In this document: piece after piece, positions 13,018-26,755 of the stretch
Layout of the letters: each line of letters starts with the position of its first letter
Numbering within the stretch: position 1 is the first letter of the stretch
Origin: Auanema rhodensis
Taxonomy: Eukaryota > Animalia > Nematoda
Assembly (NCBI GenBank): GCA_964057225.1
Contig: OZ059897.1
Location: 9,796,001-9,860,000, forward strand
Length of the DNA stretch: 64,000 bases
Direction of reading: 5' to 3'
The notes under the pieces: generated by a model
Database searches by the model: none
The model's input: the letters and a program-made list of their open reading frames with translations, nothing else
What the model was told of the DNA's origin: nothing
Program-made: the position numbers and the translations under genes

Positions 13018-14797
13018 TTACTTCTTGGCTGAGCGGGCCATGAAACTGGCAATAGCTTGAGCACATTCTTTAGATTGCCATCTTTCTACGATGGTACGGC
13101 ATTCATCCTTTGGAAAGTATTAATACATGTTTCTTTTCTCAATATCTTACCTCATTGCATTTCAAAAGGGCGTCCTTGTGCATTCTGCGAAGAAGCATCT
13201 TATTGATTCTTAAGCTTTCTGGTGGAAGAGAAGCGAATTTATTGATAATTTTTTCGGAAGCCGATGAAAATTCGGTGTCAGCAACAACCTAAAATTGGTT
13301 TAATCACTCTATTCATCTACTATATAGCAACCTCAGAAATTAATCCGTATTCTTGAGCCTTTGCAGCTGTTAAAGTTTTTCCAAAGAGTAAAACCTCCGC
13401 GGCTCTCATCTGACCCATTAATAGAGGGAAAGTGTAGGACGAGCAACCCTCAGGGGATTGACCTAGAGTAGCAAACGGAGTATTGAATGTACTCTAAAAC
13501 GAACATGTGAAAAACTATATTATCTAGCTTTAAACTCAACCTTGTCGGATGCGAGAACATACTCAAACAAAGGAAGAACAGTGACTGCAATTCCTATCGC
13601 TGGACCATTAACCAAAGCTATTATTGGTTTCTCGTGGTTTATGTAAGCCTAAAAGAAAAAAATTTTTAAACTTTAGCGACAGCCTCTGACATTGATGTAT
13701 TCCTGAAGCACTTGGCCGGCATCTCCAGCCATTTTCTTGATCTCTTCCCTTGAGGCTGAGACTGCCTTGGCAAAATTTCCCAAGTCATTACCAGCACAGA
13801 AATAGGGTCCATTAGCTGAAATATTCTTGAAATAAGCGAGATTTCATACATCCATATGTTTTTTTAGTCAAGAGCTTACAAATGGTCAAAACTAAACAAT
13901 ACGCTGAAGAAATGAAAAAAAATGTTCTATAATTCCGCATTTGTTAGAAATTTTGGACATCCCCACTAGGAGATCCTAGCAAGATGACAATCAATTTCAT
14001 TGTTTTCAAACTTGGATTACGAAATATAACATAGATGATTCATAAAGTTTTAGTGCTGTGCATGCACATATATATGGAATAATAAAAAACGAACCAGCTA
14101 TAACTGTTACTGAAGTCGACTTATTCTCTGATGATGCTTGCAAACCAGCAATTATCCCTCTATACATGTCAATAGTTAGTGCATTAAATTTCTGTGGTCT
14201 ATTCAAAGTCATTTTGAAAACTTTTCCTTCAATAGTAATCTAAACTCTATCATTAAACTTATAATCTTCTTTCTATTTTTACGTCTAATCCATTGACGGG
14301 AGCTAAGCCTTCTACTGTGGCTGATGGCGCAGCATTATTCTCAGCACCAACCAAAGAAGCTACAAACTTAGCATATTCAACTTTGGCGTCATCCTTAAAA
14401 CAGTAAAAAAAATAATTTATATGAATTGTTACCGTTACCTGGCTCATTCCTTTGTTCTTGCTCCAAGCGTCAAATTTAGCACGGCCTGCAAAATCCATCA
14501 TACCGGGCCTACTTCCACTTACATCACCAGCAGAAGCCTAAACAGTAAAGTAAATATGGCACAATTTGAAAAACAAAACCTGTTTATAAAGAGCATAAAT
14601 TTTAAGTTTGTTCTCAACATCAGGTTCTTCTTTCAAAGTTTTAAGAAGAGATTGAGCTTTATCAAATTGATCTTGGGCACTGGAGAATTGTCTTGAAATA
14701 AATAGTTCAAAGAATAAGCTGAATTATAAGACCTGCGCGACAAATTTGCTGCCAAGGATGAATTGTTATTCAAGGCGGAAACAAAACGACGAATCAT
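13018..14797 (-). CDS. ech-4: Acyl-CoA-binding domain plus enoyl-CoA delta isomerase (ECI2/PECI-like)
   Basis: ACBP motifs [11 protein letters not shown] and [15 protein letters not shown], then crotonase motifs [46 protein letters not shown]-like segment. ATG directly follows TTTAG. Confidence 0.9.
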
Positions 14798-15282
14798 CTA
14801 AATTTTTCAACGGTATATAAATTATTAATATAATAAATATCAAGTAAAGGCCGTTAGTTTCATGAAAATGAAAGAAATATGAAAAGCGACCGCAACACAA
14901 CACAACAAGCCAATAGGGTTCAAAGTACAGGAATAGCACAGACCGGCTTATTTTGTGATAGCCAGTACAAAGTACACGCTCACAACATATATCATTATGT
15001 AGAATTTTACAGATTTCTTATATACTTGTTGCTTTAACATTAATACCATTAACATTTTATTTCGTTGATCAGACAGAAACCATGATTGATTATTCGTCAT
15101 ATTAAGCCCACTCGTTGTGTTGTGAAAGTGCGTGCCGATAGCAGTATTGTTGTGTAAGAATGCATAAACAAGTGCTTTGGTTAAGCCAGTTCATTTAGAT
15201 AACATTGCAATAAATAAAACATTAAGGTAAGCATAGATCAGGAAGCAACATAATTTATTGTCGATTGTGCATATGCGGAGAT

Positions 15283-17087
<1,805 letters not shown>

Positions 17088-17293
17088 ATTGTTCTAGAAA
17101 TCTGAAATATCGATCAATAAAAGAGAGAAAACGTTTAAAAAAATGGAAGCCAGGAACATAACCGCGCGCTATCGATAAAACTATATAAGAATGGACCGAA
17201 ACGAAGGTTTCTTAAAGTTACATAATTTAAACAAAAAAATAAAACATTGATTTCAAATAGAAGCGAGTGAGCAAGAATGAGTGTGGTGCAGAG

Positions 17294-17381
17294 TAGGCCA
17301 ATTAGATGGGAAGAGAGGCGGGAAAATGGAATAGGCCAATGACAGCGCGCCCTGTTTGCGCGCCGGTTTCGAAATTCGAAA
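17294..17381. promoter_or_regulatory. GC-rich promoter core between the divergent beta-tubulin and OXCT1 genes
   Basis: Two TAGGCCAAT boxes 38 bp apart, GGCGGGAAA (E2F-like) at 17317, GCGCGCC twice, and TTTCGAA/TTCGAA, all in an AT-rich background. Confidence 0.5.
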
Positions 17382-18076
17382 AAACTCAGAGAAGCCGAGG
17401 GCAGTTCGATGCGAGGCGGTCAATGCGAACGGTCTTTTTGGTTTTGGCTCCCGCACGGAAAATTACTATTGGAGCACGATTGTAAACATTAATGAAGGAA
17501 GAGGAAGAGATAAGATGTAAAAAAAAACATTATATTAAGACTGTTTGCAAATCGACTAAAAGATAAATCTTATAAATTAAAAAGAATTTAACCGGGATAC
17601 AAATGCTTTAGGAGTTTATTTCATTGTTATTTCTCTTTATATTGTTATCTGGATTTGAGGTATGCAAAAATTTCAAGGTGTATAGGGAAAGTGTTGAAAT
17701 TTATATTTTCTTCAATTGAAAGAAGCGGTCGGTTCGTTATCAGTTCACGTCATATCTGCATCTGCTTCTCTTCTCTTTGTTTTCTATTCCTAATCGGGGC
17801 CGATGCTTTTTTGAGATGAAATTGACATTGGAATGATATGTGTTCATAGCATTCACACACATCATACATCAATGCCTCTGCATACGCTGTTGTTCTCTCA
17901 TCAAGAAGCGGGCGGTATCTCAGTTGCCAACAGCTCCTAGTCTTTAAATTCTGTTTTCATTCTACTTCATGCTAGTCAGATGATAGTAGCACGCATTTTC
18001 TTTCTCTTTGTACTCCATTTGTTTCCCGATTCTTACGACTAATTCTCTGAGGTCATTTATTTCAGAGTTTCTCAGG

Positions 18077-20363
18077 ATGGTTACTTTCTTTAAATATTGT
18101 GTACGCAGTACACTTCCATATAAGGTTTCACATATCCTCTCTCGTTGACAACATTTATTTTTTTTAGCTTGTAGCGACCAGGAACTTATCCACATCATCA
18201 GCTTTAAACGTTAAAATTTTTGATAGTGCGAAAGATGCAATTAAAGATATTCCTAATAATGCTAAGTTACTTGTCGGAGGTTGATATAATTTTCACTGGA
18301 TTTAAAATTTATTGTTAAACATATATAGGATTTGGTATTTGCGGTATTCCGGAAAATCTGATCAGTGCTTTAGCTGAATCTGGTCAAACTGGCCTTACTT
18401 GTGTGTCTAATAATGCAGGAACAGATGAATTTGGTTTAGGCATGCTTCTAAAAAAGAAACAAGTAATTATTATTCAAACTTTGTTTATAAATTTTTCGTA
18501 ATCTAGATCAAAAAAATGATTTCATCATATGTGGGCGAGAATCATGAATTTGCAAGACAATACTTATCCGGAGAATTAGAACTTGAATTTACACCTCAGG
18601 TAATTTGATCTGTTATCTGTTTCTTGCTCGATGACCTTTTATCAAATATTCCGTGTATGAAACTACACATAATTGCTCTCATTCAATCACATTTCATTAT
18701 TTATTCAGGGTACATTAGCCGAAAGAATCAGGGCCGCAGGAGCTGGTATTCCTGCGTTTTATACTCCTACGGGGTATGGAACTTTAATTCAGGAAGGTGG
18801 ATCTCCCATCAAATATAGTCAAACTAAGAAGGGTGAAATTGAAATTTACAGTAAACCCCGCGAGGTATATCTTCGAATGTTACGATATTTACAATTACTG
18901 ATCTTATCTATAGACCCGTCAATATAATGGCATCAATTATGTTTTGGAAGATGCCATTTGGGGAGACTACGCTTTAATTAAAGCCTGGAGGGCTGATAAA
19001 TTGGGAAACATTCAATTTCGGTAAGAAATTAGCTGAAACTAACTTTTTATATCAAAAATTAGTCATTCCGCTGGAAATTTCAACAATCCTATGTGTAAAG
19101 CCAGCAAATGTACCATCGTAGAAGTTGAGGAAATCGTTGAACCAGGAGTTATACCTCCAAATGATGTTAGTCGCGATTCACTTTTAATATGGTGTTACAT
19201 GCTTTATTCAGGTTCATATCCCATCTATTTATTGCCATCGACTTATTTTGGGTAAAAACTATGTAAAACCCATTGAACGACCAATGTTTGCTTCGGTATA
19301 GTTTTTATTTTCTTTTCTTTTCTATTCATTGCTAAACAGTTGCTGTTTTATATTGTTTATTGTTTGCTTTTTTTTTCAGGAAGAAACTACTAAGAAGCCT
19401 TCAAGCCCAGCTGCTATTGTTAGAGAAATTATCGCTTCACGTGCTGCTCTAGAGTTCAGAGATGGCATGTATGGTCAGTGATTTCTTATCTTTGTTGTAA
19501 TTTTATGATACACGCTTTTAGTCAATCTTGGAATTGGAATTCCAACATTAAGTCCAAATTACATTCCAAAGGGAGTGACTGTTCATCTTCAAAGTGAAAA
19601 TGGAATTATTGGAGTTGTGAGTAATAGTGAAATAGAAGTTGTAATATATTTGCCCATTTTAAGGGGCCATATCCAAAGAAAGGAACTGAAGATGCCGATC
19701 TTATCAATGCTGGAAAGGAACCAGTTACATTATTGCCAGGTGCAGCAATTGTAGGAAGTGATGAATCTTTTGCTATGATTAGAGGGTCTGTAGTTTTTCA
19801 CGTAGATTTATCATAATTGAAAATGTAGATCCCATATGGACATTACTATTCTCGGAGCTCTCCAGGTTTCTGCTACTGGAGATCTTGCAAACTGGATGAT
19901 TCCAGTGAGTTAATAAATATCTCCTTTGTTTTCTTGAATAATAAAATTTCAGGGGAAATTGGTAAAAGGCATGGGTGGAGCTATGGATCTTGTCTCAGCT
20001 CCTGGAGCTAAAGTTGTAGTAGTAATGGAGCATTGCTCAAAGGATGGTAAATCTAAGATTTTACCTCAGTGTGAATTGCCTTTAACTGGAAAGGGTGTTG
20101 TTTCTCGCATCATCACTGATATGGTAGGATTTATCAGTAGTGTCCAGGAAAGGTGAATTTGATTTTAATAGGCTGTTTTCGATGTTATTGATGGTGGATT
20201 AGTACTTATTGAACATCGCAAGGATTTGACTGTTGATGATATTAAGAAAAAGACTGATGCTACATTCAAGGTTTGCCACAAGCAAAATAAATTGTTGTTC
20301 ACAGGCACTTTTCAGATTTCACCTGACCTGAAGGAGATGGGTCAATCACCCCTCAACCAATAA
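18077..20363 (+). CDS. OXCT1: Succinyl-CoA:3-ketoacid CoA transferase, mitochondrial (SCOT)
   Basis: [53 protein letters not shown] (catalytic Glu), [10 protein letters not shown]; basic N-terminal presequence. Confidence 0.95.
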
Positions 20364-20660
20364 TAGAGAACATATAGACATAATGTGAACCCAGGGTACC
20401 AAATTTTACTTAAGTTGTCAATGTCTCCAAGAGTCGCGAATGTATACTAATTTGTTCTTCATACAATTGTGATATAATATTTCCTTATTAGAGAATACAT
20501 TTCTATTAAATTTTTTATTGTTACTGTGTTCTATAAATATTTTATATACATCTACAGAGCATTAAATAATAGATTTTTAGATGTTCTGAGACATTAAGGT
20601 TTTCAATTGCTGCGCGCGATCAATAAACGAAATATGTTTGTCTTTGGACGCCACCTGCTG

Positions 20661-20675
20661 GGGCGCATATTTGAA
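20661..20675 (+). promoter_or_regulatory. CDE-CHR-like (DREAM/DRM) element upstream of the ACF1-like gene
   Basis: GGGCG-cata-TTTGAA with a 4-nt spacer, about 255 bp upstream of the ATG at 20930; TGCGCGCG near 20611. Confidence 0.35.
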
Positions 20676-20929
20676 TTCTCCTCTAAAATATTTTGGGGTT
20701 ATTTTGTTTTAAAATATAATTCTGTCTTGCCGTTTAACCTACAAATAAGTAGATAGTTTCTTTAATTTTATGTATAAGTTGCCATCCAGCATATTTTCAA
20801 GTCTAATAGAATTTCTAGTTGTTCACATCGTTGAAAATTTTTTATGTTCGTTGCATGACATATAGTGACGCAGAGGATATTTTGTGTCTCCTCTTAATTT
20901 CTTTAAATTGAATCAATTTTTCAGACGCG

Positions 20930-23900
20930 ATGCCCTTGTTACATAAGAAACAGTTTGAAAAAAATGATATTCCGACTGGTGTTAATCCAAATACCAAAGT
21001 ATACTATCTGGAATTAAGTAACGAAATTTTTACGAATTATGAGTAAGATATAGCTTTCAAATTCATTATTTAACTGTGATTTAGTGATTTTTTTGAACGA
21101 GTAATTGCTCTTAACTCCACGCAGTGGTCTTGTGAATTCACTGGTAAAACCGGATTAACCTTTTTTGAAGCTCAGCAGTCTGAACTGGAAGCCATGGTAT
21201 GATTAGCTAATTTTTGATTGTTAACAATAAGTTCTTCTATTACAGAAGGCTTTAGATGATTTTCCTAGATATTTGGAAATTCCTATTTTGTATATAATTA
21301 AAAACTTCACATGCCGAGGAAGATTTGATGATCTTTTAAATGATATTGCTTTATTCATGAAGGTGTTTTTGGTTATATTCTTGACAGTATTTAATTTCTT
21401 CTTGTAGGATCGATATTTCATCGGAGAAAAATGCTTATTTTTAGAAGATGGAGTTAAACGAGCTGCTAAAGTTTTAGATTGTCATGTCAATGCTGAAAGA
21501 ACTCAGCTTAATAATGAGGATGTGTAAGATGCTGCTTGAACTTGTAATGTAATGTTCCTTTTTAAGACCTAAAAAGGAAGCTATCATCCCAGCTGTTGAA
21601 TCTTATCGTTATATAGTTCAGCTCCTAGAAGACACCCCTGTTGAAGATGATGATGGAATTAGGGAATATGTATCTTGTTTTACCCTTTCACGTCATAAAC
21701 AAATAGCTTCTAAACCTAAACTAAAATTATTTTTGAAAAATTTTTGTTATTTAAATGGTACAATGTACGAAGTAAAGGTTGGTTTGGAAAGAATTCAAAT
21801 ATATATATATATTCCTCCTTAATTTAGGAAAAATATCTTAAAGACGAGGTTGTTGATAATTTAAAATGGGACTCAGTTATCGGAGGGCCACAGCCTTTAT
21901 TCCCCAAAACTCCAGTGCTTCAACGAGGCCGACAACCTAAGGCTCCTGCAGCCGTACCTGCAGGAATGACTACACCCGGTATGATTTTCCAATTAGATAT
22001 GTATATTTGTGGTCACTTTTAGAAACTAAACCAGCTGTTAAAAGGAAGTCAACAGGAGGAAAAGGAATGAGTGAAAAGAAGAAACAACAGGTTTGTGTGC
22101 CATTTAAGTAATTGAAAATATTTTTTTCTTCAGATTATGTTGCAACAAGAAGAACTATCTAATATGTTTGAAGCAGCTAAACGTTTCAATGTTGATCTTG
22201 TCAAGTGAGAAAAACAAATAAATATCAGAAAATAAAATATTTTTAGATACGAGCAAACTCAACGATTACTTAGTAGCAGTGAGATTAATGATTTGAAAGA
22301 GGAGATCAAAACAGCAAAAGAACAGGTTTTTATTATTATTATTCTATATTTTCTTCATATATTGTTTTAAGAATCGTGAAGCTGCTAAGGAACAAAAGAA
22401 GTTGAAGTTAAGAGCGAAGTTTGAGTGGAATAAGAAAAGAGATGATCTTGAATGTGATGATCTTAAGGTAGTAGAGTGCAGTCAATTACTATCTACTCTA
22501 TACCTTTTAGCCATTACCGTATTTATCCAGCCTTGAATTGCCCACCTTTATGAACGATGAGGATTTTGCGGAGTATTTAGCAATTTTACAATTTTTTAAT
22601 GGGTTTTTGGAGTTACTGCCAATTAAAGAAATACGAGGTTTGATAATATTACATACAGTTATTAATTTTGTGGTTAGGTACCTCACACATATCTTTATCT
22701 GAAATAGTTGTGGCTATCAGATGCAATGATCCTCAGCAGAGTCCTTACTGTGATTTAATGAGAATATTATTATCTGCTAGATCAGAAAGAGCTGACGAAG
22801 AAGATGGAAATGAAGGTTAGAATCAGATTCAGTTGTTAAATCATCTTCAATAAGTTTTATAGCTGAAATAGATAGTCGGGAAGAGCTTCAACTAATTCAA
22901 TTACAAAATTGTGATCCTGTGCATCCAGACTATGGAGAAGAAATCAAGGATATCACTCGTCTACATAGAGATATTCGTAAAACTCATGGTATTTAGTCTG
23001 AAATATATTAAAAACATTTTAAAATTCTTGTTAGGTGAACCTGTTCGACATTTACCTGTTGATTGGATGACTTTATCTGAAGTTCTCCGACTGCTACTAC
23101 TCACATCAGGGTATTATACTGGTTCTTCTACTCACCGGCACAGATTATTTGCTCGTGGTAATTATCGAGGGTTTGTAATTACATATTTTACAAGAAATTT
23201 TGAATTATGTTTTTTTTCAGATATGAGGATCCTGGATTCCAATTCCGTAACGATAATCCCGAAACTATGGAGAAATTACGAACGGTTAGTAGAAATATGA
23301 TTTGTCTTCTTAAAAGGGAATATTTCCAGGGTACTGTATTTGATTTAACTCCTGCAGAACGATTGGCTTTAATGCAAACTTTGATATACCAACTTTTAAC
23401 TTATAATAAGGTTAGGTCTTACTAGTATAAGTTTCTAGATTTTTAAAATTAATTTAGTTTCGCACTGTTCAAGAAGAACGTATTGCTCAGCTCTATGAAA
23501 CTAAACGTGAATTAAAAAAGCTACGGCAATGGGATCAAACTCAGGATCAAGTTAGTTTTCAAAAATCCGAAATGTTTATATTAAGTGTATTCAGGAAGCT
23601 ACCCAAGCTCGACTTGTTTGTGAATATGAAATAGAGAAGGAAGGAAAGCAGAAACCTCGCACAGCTGGTACTTTTAGTTTCTAACATACCACTTTCATTT
23701 TCTCAACTTATAGGAAAAGAAACCACTAGATTGAAGGCCCATTTGAAGGCAGTAAAAGAGAATAAGAGAGTTGACAGAGATGAACTTGAGCAGGTAATAT
23801 CCGTTTAATTTAAAATTTATTAATGGTTTGTTTAGATTTTACTTGATGGAGTCGAATATGGAGAATTGAATCTTGAAGATATTATCACTACTCGAGAATA

Positions 23901-26314
23901 TCAGAAGGAAAGTATGAAAGAAGTAGAATTACAACTTTTAACCGCTGTATATGATTTATCAAGTAAGAATTATGGATTTTGTTCTGCTTATTTTATTTCA
24001 TTTTTAGCTGCTTGTGGTCAGATTTATCTTGGTCGGGATAGAGCTTTCCGAAACTATTTTTTGATAGAGTCTATTCCTGCTGTTTTAGTTGAAAGCCCAA
24101 CTGAACGCGATCAAATAGGATGTTGCGGAGAACCTACACCTTTACAAGAATCTGTAAGAAACAACTATCCTTATTTTGCAAACAGGGTTTACTTTAGAAT
24201 GGATTTAAATCTGACACGGAAGCGAGAGAAATGGTGCTGGGTTGTACTGGTGAATCTCATTCTTGCCCTGTACATGATAATGAAAATAAAAAAGTATCCA
24301 GGTGGCATTATATTCAGGATGTTGAATCTTTAGATCAGGTATGTTAGACCTTGCTCATCAAAATATTTTATTCTATTCTAGATTATCAGCGCTTGTAATC
24401 CTCGTGGTCACCGAGAATCTGAGCTAGTTGAAGAGCTCAACTACTATAAAAGAAGAATTGTTGAAGTTATAAATAAAATGGTGAGGGCTTCACCAAGTTT
24501 TACGAATTTTTATAGTTTGTTTTCAGAAAACGAAAAAAAATAATAACCAATTTTCCCTTTCTGTTCTATGCCAAGCAGAAGATCCTAATCTTCAAGCAAA
24601 TTCTATTAATTTTGAGACTGAAATGAGAGAGTTATTATTAGATTTAGAAGAAAAGGTTATTTTCATGCGTATTTTCTTTTTAATTTTTTCTTTATTAAGA
24701 TGGAGCAAGGTTTAGTTGGCCATTTGCCAAGTGGTATTGATAGAGAGGAGTGGAGACAACAACTCTTGGATACCGGCGACATTTTGTGTACAGTATCTGA
24801 CGATATGTATCTTCGTGATGAATTAGTTTTCTCAGCTGAATGTGATAAAATAAATCCATCAAACGTTAAAAAGTGTGTTTTATACATACTTTGTGTACTT
24901 AACGTTTTGTTTACAGGCTTGGTATAGCTTTTCTACAGCTTGTTCAGGGCATAGGATTGAAATATTTCCGCAATCCATTCACTCATCCTTCTCAAACAGA
25001 GCGTAAGTTTATCAAATTTAAGCATCGCTAATTGTTCAACATTTAGCTGGAACGGTTAACGCTACTAAATGTTTCTTAAGTTGGCAAAAGGGTTTAATGA
25101 ACTGCGAATCTGCATCTGCTTTATCTCTGTTTTTATCTACATTAGAACCTTCTATCCTTTGGGACAAAAGTCGACTCCAAGTAAGAAAACACGATGGGTT
25201 GTCTTTGTAAAATAATCTCTTTCAGGGGAAATGCACCACATGCCGACGTAAGGCTGCAGCCGAAGAGTTGGTGTTATGTGTTGATTGTAATAAATGTTTC
25301 CATCCTACATGTGTCAGGCTTGCCCAGAATAACATTCCTAAAACATGGGCATGCTTCGATTGTGAATCATTCAGGAAAAAAAAGGCAGCTGTTGAGAAGC
25401 GCAAAGCAACTAGAGGTATTTTTTCTATATAAAGGACCAAGATTAATAATTGTTTTAAGAAGCTGCTATTCTCGCTGCTAGTGAAAGAGATATGAATGAT
25501 GATAGTATATATGAGAATTGGGAAAATGAGTAAGTTTTCAAGTTATTCTTCTGTAATAAGCATATTGGTTTAGTGGAGAGCAGGGTGATATCACCAGGAC
25601 TAGTAGTGGAAGAACTGTTAAACGGGTCACTTATAAAACAAGTTATATTTCTCACAATACTCCACCTCTCAAATCATCTCGCCGACAATCAGCTAAATCG
25701 AATATATACGATAGTGTGGATGAAGATGAGGAAGATGATGCTACAATCGTTCGTAACAATAAGAGGAAACGAGGTTTGAAGCTAACCAAATTCGTTTCAA
25801 ACGTTATGTATTGTAGAAGAGCTCTCCAGAGAATCTGCTCTCCGAACAGCATCCACAGGCCTACGGGAACAAGATTCGAATTCTAAAGAAAAAATGATTC
25901 GCCTTGAACAGAGTATAAGGGCAGCTATGAAGCAGGACTTTGCATGGCCATTTTTAGAACCTGTTAATGCAAAAGAGGTACTGTTTCCTGCATATATCTA
26001 ACTAAAACGTTTTTTTCAATTCAAGGTACCGGACTATTATGATATTATTCAAAATCCTATTGATCTTCGAACTATGATGAATAAAATAAAAAATCATAAT
26101 TACGATGCTCCAGAAGATGTACGGTCTGACATGGCACTTCTTGTTAGCAATTGTAAATTGTATAATGAAGAAGGCAGTGAGATATTTGAGGTATCGTTTA
26201 CAGACTCCATTTGTTTAGTTTGAAATCAATTTACAGTGCGCTGTTCAAATGGAGATATTTTTCGATGATAACATGAAAGAAGTTTTTGATAATAAGAGAA
26301 TACGACGGCGATAA
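20930..26314 (+). CDS. athp-2: ACF1/BAZ1A-like ISWI accessory subunit (WAC, DDT, WHIM, PHD, bromodomain)
   Basis: MPLLHKK...WSCEFTGKTGLTFFEA (WAC), LGRDRAFRNY (WHIM2), NPRGHRESEL (WHIM3), CTTC...CVDC...HPTC...CFDC (PHD), [26 protein letters not shown] (bromo). The C. elegans symbol is from memory. Confidence 0.9.
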
Positions 26315-26755
26315 ATGATTGTTTTTTGTTTTCTAAGTGTTAATATTTCATATAATTTCGGACGAAGATGTCATAATGTGTTTTTTCACACATGTTTGCT
26401 GGATTTGCTATTAATTACTATTAGTTTTACGGTTCTGGCATTGATTCTCATATTAATCATTCGACTTTCGTGATCTTCATTACTGCAATAGGTTAACAAC
26501 TTTTGCTTGGTGCACAAATTAGATTAAAAACGCTGGTTTCTTAGGTCTCAACCCAATTATTTGTAACCCTATGAAAACATATATCATTATGTTATTAATT
26601 TTTATATTGTGTTATTGTATGCAATTTAAAACTAATTAAAGCATTGATTATAAGCTGTTAACTTATTTTATTTTCGTAGATAACGATTATTACGGCTAGT
26701 ACGCAAATGTTTTTCTTTAACATACAAATACATCTTAGTGTTGTAACAATTAATC

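Noticed and set aside
13006-13020. Cryptic peroxisomal PTS1 by stop read-through of ech-4 (protein ends SAKK)
   Set aside because: Read-through would end in STC, not an SKL-type signal
17824-17876. Hairpin containing a miR-1-like seed (TGGAATG)
   Set aside because: Only about 16 interrupted pairs, and a 22-mer from the seed would run into the loop, so it is not a convincing pre-miRNA
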